Shown here piece by piece: positions 1 through 17,593 of a DNA stretch of 32,000 nt (the first letter of the stretch is position 1; every line of letters starts with the position of its first letter). Below the pieces are notes generated by a model. It worked only from the letters and a program-made list of their open reading frames with translations. It did not search any database and was not told the origin of the DNA. Source of the stretch: Micrococcus luteus NCTC 2665 (GTDB lineage Bacteria > Actinomycetota > Actinomycetes > Actinomycetales > Micrococcaceae); NCBI RefSeq assembly GCF_000023205.1, contig NC_012803.1, positions 1,860,001 through 1,892,000 of the forward strand. Reading direction: 5' to 3'. The translations under genes were made by a program, and so were the position numbers.

Positions 1-708
1 GCGCTCGGCGCGACCGGTCACCACGGTGCCACGGCCGGTGATCGTGAAGACGTCCTCGATCGGCATCAGGAACGGCTTGTCCTTGTCGCGCACCGGGTCC
101 GGGATGTACTCGTCCACGGCATCCATGAGGTCCTCGACGGACTTGACCCACTGGGGGTCGCCCTCGAGGGCCTTCAGACCGGAGGTGCGGATGACCGGGG
201 CCTCGTCGCCGTCGAACTCCTGGGAGGACAGCAGCTCGCGGACCTCCATCTCGACGAGCTCGAGGAGCTCCTCGTCCTCCACCATGTCCGACTTGTTCAG
301 GGCCACGAGCAGGGCCGGCACGCCGACCTGGCGGGCCAGGAGCACGTGCTCACGGGTCTGGGCCATCGGGCCGTCGGTAGCGGCGACCACGAGGATCGCG
401 CCGTCCATCTGAGCGGCGCCGGTGATCATGTTCTTGATGTAGTCGGCGTGACCGGGGGCGTCCACGTGGGCGTAGTGACGCTTCTCGGTCTGGTACTCCA
501 CGTGGGAGATGTTGATGGTGATGCCGCGCTGACGCTCCTCGGGGGCGGAGTCGATCGTCGCGAAGTCACGGGCCTCATTCAGGTCCGGGTACTTGTCGTA
601 CAGGACCTTCGAGATGGCGGCGGTCAGCGTGGTCTTGCCGTGGTCAACGTGGCCGATGGTGCCGATGTTGACGTGCGGCTTCGTCCGCTCGAACTTTGCC
701 TTTGCCAC
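1..708 (-). CDS. tuf: Elongation factor Tu, N-terminal 236 codons (3' part runs off the left window edge)
   Basis: The reverse-strand frame from GTG (708-706) reads [32 protein letters not shown]...[26 protein letters not shown]...ALNKSD, which covers the GTPase G1/G3/G4 motifs. A GGAGGAA SD lies at 713-719 (rc). It is absent from the ORF track because there is no stop codon in the window. Confidence 0.97.
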   Translation of the reverse strand, partial: MAKAKFERTKPHVNIGTIGHVDHGKTTLTAAISKVLYDKYPDLNEARDFATIDSAPEERQRGITINISHVEYQTEKRHYAHVDAPGHADYIKNMITGAAQMDGAILVVAATDGPMAQTREHVLLARQVGVPALLVALNKSDMVEDEELLELVEMEVRELLSSQEFDGDEAPVIRTSGLKALEGDPQWVKSVEDLMDAVDEYIPDPVRDKDKPFLMPIEDVFTITGRGTVVTGRAER

Positions 709-924
709 TAGTTCCTCCTAAGAACTGGTTCATCGTCAAGAAGACTGCTCAGCCGCCTGGGACGTGCTGACAACTTGACTGAGTCTACTCGGATGGTACG
801 GGGTTGGGGAAATCCCGGCCTCACGAGGGCCAGTCCGGTTCCAGGCCGTCGGGACCGCCGGAAGCGGACCGGACCTGACCCGTCCTGATCGCGAACCGCC
901 GCGCCGGGGAGGGCGGTCCGGTCG

Positions 925-961
925 CCCCGGGCCGGCCGCGGCTGCGGCGGCCGACCCGGGG
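925..961 (-). terminator. GC-rich hairpin just downstream of the fusA stop (terminator/attenuator candidate, no U-tract)
   Basis: ccccgggccggccgc / gcggcggccgacccgggg arms pair with one mismatch, starting about 29 nt after the fusA stop codon on the minus strand. Confidence 0.4.
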
Positions 962-989
962 CAGGTCGTTCAGAGCAGGTGACCTGCGG

Positions 990-3104
<2,115 letters not shown>

Positions 3105-3183
3105 GGTGTCTCCCTTGGTCGGGTGGAATGGGGGGCTCGTGAGGTGGATGCGGTGGGTGGCCCGTCCGAGAGGACGCACCTGC

Positions 3184-3214
3184 GGCCCGAGGCGCGGATC
3201 GCGCGCCCCGGGCC
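3184..3214 (-). other. Stable hairpin in the rpsG-fusA spacer
   Basis: RNA sense GGCCCGGGGCGCG-CGATC-CGCGCCTCGGGCC forms a 13-bp stem with one G-U pair, immediately after the rpsG stop. Function is unknown. Confidence 0.3.
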
Positions 3215-3221
3215 ACACGGA

Positions 3222-3692
3222 TCACCAGCGGTAGTGGGCGAAGGCCTTGTTGGCCTCGGCCATCTTGTGGGTGTCCTCGCGACGCTTCACGGCGCCGCCC
3301 AGGCCGTTCGAGGCGTCCAGGATCTCGTTCATCAGACGCTCGGTCATGGTCTTCTCACGGCGGGCCTTGGAGAAGCCGACCAGCCAGCGCAGGGCCAGGG
3401 CCGTGGAGCGGCCCGGCTTGACCTCGACGGGCACCTGGTAGGTGGCGCCGCCGACGCGGCGGGAGCGCACCTCGAGGGCCGGCTTGATGTTGTCCATGGC
3501 CTTCTTGAGGGTGGCCACGGGATCGGCGCCGTTCTTGGCACGGGCGCCCTCGAGCGCGCCGTACACGATGCGCTCGGCGGTGGACTTCTTGCCGTCGACG
3601 AGCACCTTGTTGATCAGCTGCGTGACCAGCGGGGAGCCGTAGACGGGATCGACGACGAGGGGGCGCTTCGGCGCAGGACCCTTACGAGGCAT
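3222..3692 (-). CDS. rpsG: 30S ribosomal protein S7
   Basis: [48 protein letters not shown]...AFAHYRW (156 aa). The ATG at 3692-3690 shares one nucleotide with the rpsL TAA stop (TAATG). Confidence 0.97.
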   Translation of the reverse strand: MPRKGPAPKRPLVVDPVYGSPLVTQLINKVLVDGKKSTAERIVYGALEGARAKNGADPVATLKKAMDNIKPALEVRSRRVGGATYQVPVEVKPGRSTALALRWLVGFSKARREKTMTERLMNEILDASNGLGGAVKRREDTHKMAEANKAFAHYRW

Positions 3693-4066
3693 TACTTCTT
3701 CTCCTTCTTGGCGCCGTAGCGGGAGCGGGCCTGGCCGCGGTTCTTCACGCCCTGGGTGTCGAGGGCGCCGCGCACGATCTTGTAGCGCACGCCGGGCAGG
3801 TCCTTCACACGACCGCCGCGGACGAGCACGATCGAGTGCTCCTGCAGGTTGTGGCCCTCGCCGGGGATGTAGGCGGTGACCTCGATGCCGCCGTTCAGGC
3901 GCACACGGGCGACCTTGCGCAGCGCCGAGTTCGGCTTCTTGGGCGTGGTGGTGTACACACGGGTGCACACGCCACGACGCATGGGGTTCCCCTGCAGGGC
4001 AGGGGCCTTCGTATTGACGACCTTGGGTGAGCGGCCCTTGCGGACCAGCTGCTGAATCGTAGGCAC
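3692..4066 (-). CDS. rpsL: 30S ribosomal protein S12
   Basis: (V)[11 protein letters not shown]...[19 protein letters not shown]...[17 protein letters not shown]. The GTG start at 4066-4064 has an AGGAAGG SD 7 nt upstream. Confidence 0.97.
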   Translation of the reverse strand: MPTIQQLVRKGRSPKVVNTKAPALQGNPMRRGVCTRVYTTTPKKPNSALRKVARVRLNGGIEVTAYIPGEGHNLQEHSIVLVRGGRVKDLPGVRYKIVRGALDTQGVKNRGQARSRYGAKKEKK

Positions 4067-4271
4067 TCTTCAGCCTTCCTGTGTTTCGGTGATCGCTGAC
4101 GTGATCGACCGGCGCCCGGGGCGCCGGCTGCTCGTTCCTCTGCTTTGCCTCTCCCTGTGGGGGCTCGCAACGAGCAGACGTCCGCAGGCGTGCAAAAGTG
4201 TGGCATCTGCCGCGCAATGACCCCGCGACCCGGACAGCGTCCAATTTGCCACACGAAAAACAATCCTTGAC

Positions 4272-4280
4272 AGCATAGCA
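4272..4280 (-). promoter_or_regulatory. Candidate extended -10 (TGCTATGCT) for the rpsL operon
   Basis: The rc of 4272-4280 reads TGC-TATGCT (TGn + TAnnnT) inside the only AT-richer island of the rpoC-rpsL spacer. No convincing -35 is present. Confidence 0.25.
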
Positions 4281-4318
4281 CGCCCCGGCGCCGTCGACGA
4301 GCCGGCCCCGCACGCCAA

Positions 4319-4362
4319 GGGGCCCGCCGCTCCCCCGCGTGAGCGGCGGAACGGCGGGCCCC
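4319..4362 (-). terminator. GC-rich compound hairpin after the rpoC stop (terminator candidate, no U-tract)
   Basis: ggggcccgccg (4319-4329) pairs with cggcgggcccc (4352-4362). An inner ccgctc/gagcgg stem is also present. The hairpin begins about 15 nt after the rpoC stop. Confidence 0.45.
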
Positions 4363-4376
4363 CTGGGGGACGCGGA

Positions 4377-8288
<3,912 letters not shown>

Positions 8289-8356
8289 GCTCCGGTGAAC
8301 TCCCTTGGTTCAGTGGTTCTCAGGTGACGTCTTGTGGATGCGGGATCGGGCCCGGC

Positions 8357-11863
<3,507 letters not shown>

Positions 11864-12021
11864 GTAGGATCCTTCCACAGGCCTTCTGGGTTCCGTTCGC
11901 TCCCCTGCCGCGAGACGGCGGCGCCGGCCCACCGCTATATGAAGGCCGTGCGGAACCGTGCGGGCCACGGCGGGACGCGAGGTCCTGCGGGCGGCACGGA
12001 ACAGGGGAGATGCAAAGATCC

Positions 12022-12050
12022 ATCCTATCCGCGCCCGTGGCCCCTGTCCA
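12022..12050 (-). promoter_or_regulatory. Candidate rpoB promoter (TGGACA - 17 nt - TAGGAT)
   Basis: The rc of 12045-12050 is TGGACA and the rc of 12022-12027 is TAGGAT, with a 17-nt spacer. It lies about 160 nt upstream of the rpoB GTG and downstream of the rplL hairpin. Confidence 0.35.
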
Positions 12051-12076
12051 GCCGCGGGTGCGTGACCTGGGACGCC

Positions 12077-12116
12077 ACGAGGCCCCCGGTCCGCAGTGCG
12101 GGTCCGGGGGCCTCGT
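12077..12116 (-). terminator. Hairpin after rplL (rplL-rpoB attenuator/terminator candidate)
   Basis: RNA sense ACGAGGCCCCCGG...CCGGGGGCCTCGT forms a 13-bp outer stem, with an inner CCGC/GCGG stem. It starts about 32 nt after the rplL stop. No U-tract follows. Confidence 0.45.
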
Positions 12117-12148
12117 GAGGAAGCGTGATGCGGCTCAGGCCGCGATCA

Positions 12149-12538
12149 TCACTTGAGGGTGACGGTGGCGCCGGCGCCCTCGAGCTGCTCCTTGGCCTTC
12201 TCGGCGGTCTCCTTGTTGACGCCCTCGAGGATGGGCTTGGGAGCGCCGTCCACCAGGTCCTTGGCCTCCTTCAGGCCGAGGGAGGTGAGGGCGCGCACCT
12301 CCTTGATGACGCCGATCTTCTTGTCGCCGGCGGCCTCGAGGATGACGTCGAACTCGTCCTTCTCCTCGGCGGCGGCGGCCTCGGCACCACCGGCGGCACC
12401 GCCGGCGGCGGCCACGGCCACGGGGGCGGCGGCGGTGACGTCGAACTTCTCCTCGAACGCCTTGATGAACTCGGACAGCTCGATGAGGGTCAGCTCCTCG
12501 AACGCGGCGAGCAGCTCTTCGGTGGTCAGCTTGGCCAT
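12149..12538 (-). CDS. rplL: 50S ribosomal protein L7/L12
   Basis: [34 protein letters not shown]...Ala-rich hinge...[42 protein letters not shown]. An AAGGAG SD is present. Confidence 0.97.
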   Translation of the reverse strand: MAKLTTEELLAAFEELTLIELSEFIKAFEEKFDVTAAAPVAVAAAGGAAGGAEAAAAEEKDEFDVILEAAGDKKIGVIKEVRALTSLGLKEAKDLVDGAPKPILEGVNKETAEKAKEQLEGAGATVTLK

Positions 12539-12607
12539 GATGGCTCCTTTACGGGTACGTCTTGACTACGTGTGAAGTGGTGGGCCGTGCAGCCCGGGGC
12601 GGACTGC

Positions 12608-13129
12608 TCAGGCAGCCTCGCCCTGCGCGGCGCGCAGCGCCTCGACCGTGCGGACGGTCTTGGACAGCGGCGCCTGGAACAGGGCGGCAGCCTTGGACAT
12701 GCTGCCCTTCATCGCGCCGGCGAACTTGGCCAGCAGCACCTCGCGGGACTCGAGGTCCGCGAGCTTCTTGATGCCAGCCTCGTCCAGGGGCTGGCCATCC
12801 ATGTAGCCGCCCTTGAGCACGAGCTTCTCGTGATCCTTGGCAAAGTCACGCAGGGCCTTCGCGACGTTGACCGGGTCCCCGGTCACGAACGCGATCGCGG
12901 TGGGACCGGACAGGTGAGCCTCGAGGCCCTCCAGACCGGCGTCCTTGGCCGCGATCTCGGCCAGCGTGTTCTTCGCCACGGCGTAGGTCGCGTCCTGACG
13001 GATGGAGTCACGCAGCTGCTTGAGCTCCGTCACCGTCAGGCCACGGTATTCCGTCAGAACAGCAGCGCTGGACTCACGGAACAGGTCCGTGAGCTCAGCC
13101 ACCGCCGACTCCTTCGCGGACGTCGCCAT
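12608..13129 (-). CDS. rplJ: 50S ribosomal protein L10
   Basis: MATSAKESAVAELTDLFRESSAAVLTEYRGLTVTELKQLRDSIR... (173 aa). The start was trimmed from 13270 to ATG at 13129-13127, which has an AGAGGAG SD. Confidence 0.95.
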   Translation of the reverse strand: MATSAKESAVAELTDLFRESSAAVLTEYRGLTVTELKQLRDSIRQDATYAVAKNTLAEIAAKDAGLEGLEAHLSGPTAIAFVTGDPVNVAKALRDFAKDHEKLVLKGGYMDGQPLDEAGIKKLADLESREVLLAKFAGAMKGSMSKAAALFQAPLSKTVRTVEALRAAQGEAA

Positions 13130-13357
13130 GGCACTCCTCTCGATGATGCGTGGGAACCGCCACCCCGAGACGAGAAAACGCCCCGTGCAGATGCACGGGG
13201 CGCAGCAGGAGCATCGACGCGGTCGGGCCCGGAGGGTCGACGTGCGGATGCGAGCGGGGCTCACGTTCACCTGCGCGGGCCGTCTCCGTCAGGGAGATCC
13301 TTCGGTGGGCTCCACCCGGAGGCAGGGCACCACGACCGGCGGTCTTCGGTAGGCACC
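13130..13357 (-). promoter_or_regulatory. rplJ (L10) 5' leader, about 220 nt, structured
   Basis: A long non-coding spacer lies between the candidate promoter and rplJ and contains the terminator above. L10 leaders are autoregulatory in other bacteria. Confidence 0.5.
13167..13200 (-). terminator. Intrinsic terminator inside the rplJ 5' leader (attenuator)
   Basis: RNA sense CCCCGTGC-AUCU-GCACGGGG forms an 8-bp GC-rich stem with a tetraloop. It is followed by CGUUUUCUCGUCUC. The tail ends 37 nt upstream of the rplJ ATG. Confidence 0.6.
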
Positions 13358-13385
13358 AGCGTACACGTCCGGGGCGGGCTCACAA
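13358..13385 (-). promoter_or_regulatory. Candidate rplJ promoter (TTGTGA - 16 nt - TACGCT)
   Basis: The rc of 13380-13385 is TTGTGA and the rc of 13358-13363 is TACGCT. The match is weak and the spacer is short. Confidence 0.25.
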
Positions 13386-13466
13386 AATCGACCGGGGACG
13401 ACGTCGGCCGGTCGCCCCGCTGCGGGGACGACCGGCCGGCGTCGTGGGGCCCCGGTCACCGGGGCC
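13384..13466 (-). terminator. Tandem hairpins plus a U-run after rplA (terminator candidate)
   Basis: The first hairpin is GGCCCCGG-UGA-CCGGGGCC (13448-13466). The second is a long hairpin at 13398-13445, with about 19 bp, a 2x2 internal loop and one bulge. A UUUU run (13384-13387) lies 10 nt past the stem. Confidence 0.5.
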
Positions 13467-13473
13467 GCGTGGC

Positions 13474-14181
13474 TCAGAGCTCCGAGGAGTCCACCGAGGT
13501 CACGTTCGGGTCCATGGGCACGCCCGGGCCGAAGGTGGTGGCCACGGTGGCCTTGGAGATGTAGCGGCCCTTGGAGGAGGACGGCTTCAGACGCAGGATC
13601 TCCTCGAGGGCCGCGGCGTAGTTCTCCACCAGGGCCTTGGCCTCGAAGGAGGTCTTGCCGATGATGAAGTGCAGGTTGGAGTGCTTGTCGACGCGGAAGT
13701 CGATCTTGCCGCCCTTGATGTCGGTCACGGCCTTGGCCACGTCCGGGGTCACGGTGCCGGTCTTGGGGTTCGGCATCAGGTTGCGGGGGCCGAGCACCTT
13801 GCCCAGGCGGCCGACCTTGCCCATGAGCTCCGGGGAGGCCACGGCGGCGTCGAAGTCCACCCAGCCCTCGGAGATCCGGGCGATCAGGTCGTCGTCGCCC
13901 ACGACGTCCGCGCCGGCGGCGCGGGCGGCCTCGGCGCGGTCACCGGTGGCGAACACGACGACGCGGGCGGTCTTGCCGGTGCCGTGGGGCAGGCTCACGG
14001 AGCCGCGGACCATCTGGTCGGCCTTGCGGGGGTCGACCGAGAGGCGGAGGGCCACCTCCACGGTGGCGTCGGTCTTGGAGGGGTTGGTCTCCTTGGCGAG
14101 GCGGATCGCCTCCACCGGCGAGTACAGGTCCTCGCCGATCGCGGCCTTGGCCGCCTTGTATGCCTTGCTGCGCTGTGCCAT
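13474..14181 (-). CDS. rplA: 50S ribosomal protein L1
   Basis: [31 protein letters not shown]...[15 protein letters not shown]...[15 protein letters not shown]. The start was trimmed from 14373 to ATG at 14181-14179, which has an AAGGAGA SD. Confidence 0.96.
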   Translation of the reverse strand: MAQRSKAYKAAKAAIGEDLYSPVEAIRLAKETNPSKTDATVEVALRLSVDPRKADQMVRGSVSLPHGTGKTARVVVFATGDRAEAARAAGADVVGDDDLIARISEGWVDFDAAVASPELMGKVGRLGKVLGPRNLMPNPKTGTVTPDVAKAVTDIKGGKIDFRVDKHSNLHFIIGKTSFEAKALVENYAAALEEILRLKPSSSKGRYISKATVATTFGPGVPMDPNVTSVDSSEL

Positions 14182-14258
14182 CTGCGTTCTTCTCCTTGTG
14201 CAGTCGTGGTCTGCGGGCCGCGCTCGGCCCTGCCACTGGAAGGGGGTGGGGGTGGGCG

Positions 14259-14690
14259 TCAGCCCTCGACGGTGATGCCCATCGAGCGGGCGGTGCCCGC
14301 GATGATCTTGGCGGCGGCCTGGACGTCGTTGGCGTTCAGGTCCTCCATCTTGGTCTGGGCGATCTCCTCGCACTGGGCCTGGGTCAGCGTGCCGACCTTG
14401 GCCGTGTGCGGGGTGGCGGAGCCCTTGGCGACGCCGGCGGCCTTCTTGATGAGCTCGGCGGCCGGCGGGGTCTTGGTCACGAAGGTGAACGAGCGGTCCT
14501 CGTACACGGTGATCTCGACCGGGACCACGTTGCCGCGCTGCGACTCAGTGGCGGCGTTGTACGCCTTGCAGAACTCCATGATGTTCACGCCGTGCTGGCC
14601 CAGGGCGGGGCCGATGGGCGGGGCCGGGTTGGCGGCGCCGGCCTGGATCTGAAGCTTGATCAGACCGGTGACCTTCTTCTTGGGAGCCAT
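14259..14690 (-). CDS. rplK: 50S ribosomal protein L11
   Basis: [49 protein letters not shown]... A GAGAAGGA SD is present. Confidence 0.97.
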
Positions 14691-14771
14691 GAGTGGATCC
14701 TTCTCTCACTGGGGGACCCTCGGCGCAGGAGCGCACCGGGGGCGGTGGCCGCCGTGGCGCGGCGGCCGGTG

Positions 14772-14807
14772 CCGCGTCCGGGCCGGCAGGCGGCCGGCCC
14801 GGTGCGG
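14772..14807 (-). terminator. Hairpin after nusG (terminator/attenuator candidate, no U-tract)
   Basis: RNA sense CCGGGCCGGC-CGCCU-GCCGGCCCGG forms a perfect 10-bp stem, extended by CCGC/GCGG. It starts about 15 nt after the nusG stop. Confidence 0.4.
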
Positions 14808-14822
14808 AAGCGTCGGGTGTCC

Positions 14823-15650
14823 TCAGATGGCCTTGGTCACCTGGTTGAAGGACAGCGTCACGGGGGTCTCGCGCTCGAAGATCGAGACGAGCACCACGAG
14901 CTGCTGGGCCTCCGGCTTGATCTCGGAGATCGTGGCCGGGAGGGTCTCGAACGGGCCGTCGTTGACGGTGACCGACTCGCCGACCTCGAAGTCCACGTGG
15001 ATCGCGGGGGCGGCGGGCGCACCGGACTCGGCCGAGGCGGGGACGGCCAGGCCGGCCTTCTCGGCGGAGCGGGCAGCCTCCTGGATCACGGACGGGGCGA
15101 GCATCTCGTACACCTCGTCCAGGCTGAGCGGCTGCGGGTGGTGGGCGTCGTTGCCCACGAAGCCCGTGACGCCCGGGGTGTGCCGCACGACGCCCCACGA
15201 GGCGTCGTCGAGGTCCATGCGGACGAGCACGTAGCCCGGGATGCGCACGCGCGAGACGATCTTGCGCGTGGTGTTCTTGATCTCCACGACCTCCTCCATG
15301 GGGACCTCGATCTCGTAGATCGAGTCCTCCATGTCCTGGGTCAGGATGCGGGCCTCGAGGTTCGTCTTCACGCGCTTCTCGTAGCCGGCGTAGGTGTGGA
15401 CGACGTACCAGTCGCCGGGCTGGCGGCGCAGGCGGGTGCGCAGCTCCTCGGCGGGGTCCACGGCGGGCTCGTCGTCGGCCTGCTCCTCGACGGGGGTCGG
15501 CGCGTCCTCGCCCTCGGCGACGGCCAGGTCGGCCTCCTGTACGGTGGCCTCGGCGGTCTCGTCACCGCTGCCGGCGGCCTCGTCCAGGGCGTCCTCCGAC
15601 ATCGGGGCGGACTCCTCGGCGGGCTGACGATCCAGTTCCTGCTCGGACAC
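14823..15650 (-). CDS. nusG: Transcription termination/antitermination factor NusG with an acidic N-terminal extension
   Basis: [21 protein letters not shown]...IPGYVLVRM... and a C-terminal KOW region ([24 protein letters not shown]). The longest frame starts at GTG 15650. ATG 15602 is an in-frame alternative and has a better SD (GAGGAG, 9 nt upstream). Confidence 0.93.
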   Translation of the reverse strand: MSEQELDRQPAEESAPMSEDALDEAAGSGDETAEATVQEADLAVAEGEDAPTPVEEQADDEPAVDPAEELRTRLRRQPGDWYVVHTYAGYEKRVKTNLEARILTQDMEDSIYEIEVPMEEVVEIKNTTRKIVSRVRIPGYVLVRMDLDDASWGVVRHTPGVTGFVGNDAHHPQPLSLDEVYEMLAPSVIQEAARSAEKAGLAVPASAESGAPAAPAIHVDFEVGESVTVNDGPFETLPATISEIKPEAQQLVVLVSIFERETPVTLSFNQVTKAI

Positions 15651-15754
15651 GGTTCCTGCTTTCTGCTGACGGACGGCGGGCCCTGCCGTCGGGGAGGGCC
15701 CTCACGGGCGTGCGGTGGACGCGTCCTGCGACGTCGGGACCGTCCGCGCCGGGC

Positions 15755-16015
15755 TCAGAGGCCGCCGGCGCCGAACAGGAGACCCGCCACGGTGCCGAAC
15801 ACCCAGTCCAGCCCCATGACCAGCAGGATCATGAACGCCACGAAGGCGAGCACCACTCCGGTCGTGCGCAGCAGCTCCTCGCTCGTGGGGGTGACGACCT
15901 TGCGGAGCTCGTCCACCACCTGGCGCAGGAACAGCGCGATCCGAGCGAACAGCCCGCGACGCTGCCTGCCAGGCGTGGGGGTGGGTCCCCCGCCGTTCGC
16001 CGCCATCTCAGTCAC
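15755..16015 (-). CDS. secE: Preprotein translocase subunit SecE
   Basis: The 86-aa frame sits directly upstream of nusG. It contains LFARIALFLRQVVDELRKVVTPTSEELLRTTGVVLAFVAFMILLVMGLDWVF, which is the single C-terminal TM helix typical of SecE. The start is GTG 16015 or ATG 16006. Confidence 0.9.
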   Translation of the reverse strand: MTEMAANGGGPTPTPGRQRRGLFARIALFLRQVVDELRKVVTPTSEELLRTTGVVLAFVAFMILLVMGLDWVFGTVAGLLFGAGGL

Positions 16016-16086
16016 GTGGCCTCACTCGTCGGATCGCCGAATCGCTTTCTACACGTCCGATGCCGAGCACGGGGCCCGGCATCGAG

Positions 16087-16159
16087 CAGGGCAGACAGGA
16101 CTCGAACCTGCAACCTGCGGTTTTGGAGACCGCTGCGCTACCAATTGCGCCACTACCCT
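16087..16159 (-). tRNA. tRNA-Trp (anticodon CCA)
   Basis: The rc reads AGGGTAG-TG-GCGC-AATTGGTA-GCGC-A-GCGGT-CTCCAAA-ACCGC-AGGTT-GCAGG-TTCGAGT-CCTGT-CTGCCCT-G. It folds into a complete cloverleaf: a 7-bp acceptor stem with one G-U pair, a TTCGAGT T-loop and a CCA anticodon. The 3' CCA is not encoded. Confidence 0.95.
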
Positions 16160-16221
16160 TCGGACCGACGGGGCCGGCCGAACCCTCGCGGGATCGACCG
16201 TGAACGCGGCACCGGAGATCC

Positions 16222-16251
16222 AGGATACGCCATCGGGCGGCGGGAGTCGAA
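16222..16251 (-). promoter_or_regulatory. Candidate promoter for tRNA-Trp/secE/nusG (TTCGAC - 18 nt - TATCCT)
   Basis: The rc of 16246-16251 is TTCGAC and the rc of 16222-16227 is TATCCT. It lies about 60 nt upstream of the tRNA 5' end. Confidence 0.3.
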
Positions 16252-16332
16252 CGGGCCCCGGGCAGTCAGTACCCTGGCAGGACGGAGCCCCGCTCCGCCC
16301 CGCCCTCCCCGTCGAGCTCGAAGAAGGTCCCC

Positions 16333-17541
16333 ATGGCCGCGCCCGCCCGCCGCGTCTCCGCCCGTCTGTCCGCCATCGCGCCCTCCGCCACCCTCGCCGT
16401 CGACGCCCGCGCCAAGGAGCTCAAGGCCGCCGGGCGCCCGGTGATCGGCTTCGGCGCCGGCGAGCCCGACTTCCCCACCCCCGACTACATCGTGGAGGCC
16501 GCCGTCGCCGCGGCCCGGGACCCGAAGAACCACCGCTACTCCCCCGCCTCCGGCCTGCCCGAGCTGCGCGAGGCGATCGCGGCCAAGACGCTGCGCGACT
16601 CCGGCGTGTCCCTCGAGGCCGCCCAGGTGCTCGTGACCAACGGCGGGAAGCAGGCCGTGTACAACGCCTTCGCCGCCCTGCTGGACCCGCAGGACGAGGT
16701 GCTCGTCCCCGCCCCCTACTGGACCACCTACCCCGAGGCGATCCGCCTGGCCGGCGGCGTGCCGGTGGAGGTGTTCGCCGGCCCCGAGCAGGGCTACAAG
16801 GTCACCGTGGACCAGCTCGACGAGTCCGTCACGGACCGCACCAAGGTGCTCCTGTTCGTCTCCCCCTCCAACCCCACCGGCGCCGTGTACTCTCCCGAGG
16901 AGACGGCGGCGATCGGCCAGTGGGCACGGGAGCGGGGGCTGTGGGTGGTCACCGACGAGATCTACGAGCACCTGACCTACGACGGCATGCCGTTCACCTC
17001 GATCGTCCGCGCCGTGCCCGAGCTGGCGGAGCAGTCCGTGATCCTCAACGGCGTCGCCAAGACCTACGCCATGACGGGCTGGCGCGTCGGGTGGATGGCC
17101 GGCCCGCTGGACGTGGTCAAGGCCGCCACGAACCTGCAGTCCCACGCCACCTCGAACGTGGCCAACGTGTCGCAGCGGGCCGCGCTGGCCGCCGTCGCGG
17201 GCCCGTTGGACGCCGTGGCGGAGATGAAGACGGCGTTCGACCGCCGGCGCCGGGCCATGGTCGAGGCCATGAACGCCGTGCCGGGCTTCCACTGCCCCAC
17301 CCCGCAGGGCGCGTTCTACGCGTACGTGGACGTGCGGGAGGCGCTCGGGAAGACCTACCGCGGCGGCGTCACCCCCACGACGTCGGCCGAGCTGGCCGCC
17401 TTCATCCTCGACGACGCGGAGGTCGCCGTGGTCCCGGGCGAGGCGTTCGGCCCGTCCGGCTATCTGCGACTGTCCTACGCGCTGGGCGATGCGGACCTCG
17501 CCGAGGGCGTCGAGCGCATCCGCGCCCTGCTCAGCGCCTGA
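16333..17541 (+). CDS. Pyridoxal-phosphate-dependent aspartate aminotransferase (class I)
   Basis: [12 protein letters not shown]...[10 protein letters not shown]...[16 protein letters not shown] (PLP lysine context)...RLSYA. A GAAGAAGG SD is present. The position next to secE/nusG is recurrent in Actinobacteria. Confidence 0.92.
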   Translation: MAAPARRVSARLSAIAPSATLAVDARAKELKAAGRPVIGFGAGEPDFPTPDYIVEAAVAAARDPKNHRYSPASGLPELREAIAAKTLRDSGVSLEAAQVLVTNGGKQAVYNAFAALLDPQDEVLVPAPYWTTYPEAIRLAGGVPVEVFAGPEQGYKVTVDQLDESVTDRTKVLLFVSPSNPTGAVYSPEETAAIGQWARERGLWVVTDEIYEHLTYDGMPFTSIVRAVPELAEQSVILNGVAKTYAMTGWRVGWMAGPLDVVKAATNLQSHATSNVANVSQRAALAAVAGPLDAVAEMKTAFDRRRRAMVEAMNAVPGFHCPTPQGAFYAYVDVREALGKTYRGGVTPTTSAELAAFILDDAEVAVVPGEAFGPSGYLRLSYALGDADLAEGVERIRALLSA

Positions 17542-17556
17542 GCCGCACACCCCGCC

Positions 17557-17593
17557 CCTGAGCCCCGCGACGCCGCGTGCCGCGGGGCTCAGG
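17557..17593. terminator. Bidirectional hairpin between the convergent aminotransferase and response-regulator genes
   Basis: cctgagccccgcg (17557-17569) pairs perfectly over 13 bp with cgcggggctcagg (17581-17593), leaving an 11-nt loop. The right arm includes the regulator's stop codon. Confidence 0.5.

Noticed and set aside
3120-3140. C-rich runs (e.g. CCCCCCATTCCACCC in the rpsG-fusA spacer, CACCCCCACCCC at 14241-14256 rc) as a 6C-type actinobacterial sRNA.
   Set aside because: The C-runs are not presented in the loops of two adjacent hairpins, as the 6C motif requires. They lie inside operon spacers that are co-transcribed with the flanking genes.
3105-3218. Track-suggested N-terminal extensions of fusA (to 3218), rpoB (to 11968), rplJ (to 13270), rplA (to 14373), the kinase (to 19681), pfkA (from 20755), mshD (from 25476) and ygfZ (to 24285).
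   Set aside because: The extensions cover intergenic leaders or neighbouring genes and lack homology to the protein families. The internal ATG/GTG starts have proper SD sequences or start/stop overlaps.
3800-3940. Streptomycin-resistance (RpsL K43/K88) and rifampicin-resistance (RpoB cluster I, around 10480-10560) substitutions.
   Set aside because: RpsL shows TTTPKKPNS (K43) and GGRVKDLPG (K88). RpoB shows [25 protein letters not shown], with the Asp, His and Ser hot-spot residues intact. The genotype looks wild type.
4070-4318. 82-aa ORF in the rpoC-rpsL spacer.
   Set aside because: It has no GC3 coding bias and no recognisable motif, and it overlaps the presumed rpsL promoter/leader and the rpoC terminator hairpin.
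16240-16262. The tRNA T-arm-like string gggagtcgaacggg upstream of tRNA-Trp, considered as a possible second tRNA or tRNA remnant.
   Set aside because: No complementary T-stem, acceptor stem or anticodon arm can be drawn. The TTCGAC is better explained as a -35-like hexamer for the tRNA-Trp/secE promoter.
16087-16332. tRNA-Trp as a possible integration hotspot for a mobile element.
   Set aside because: I saw no integrase, no repeated copy of the tRNA 3' end and no compositional break. The flanking genes (secE/nusG and the aminotransferase) are the conserved actinobacterial neighbours.
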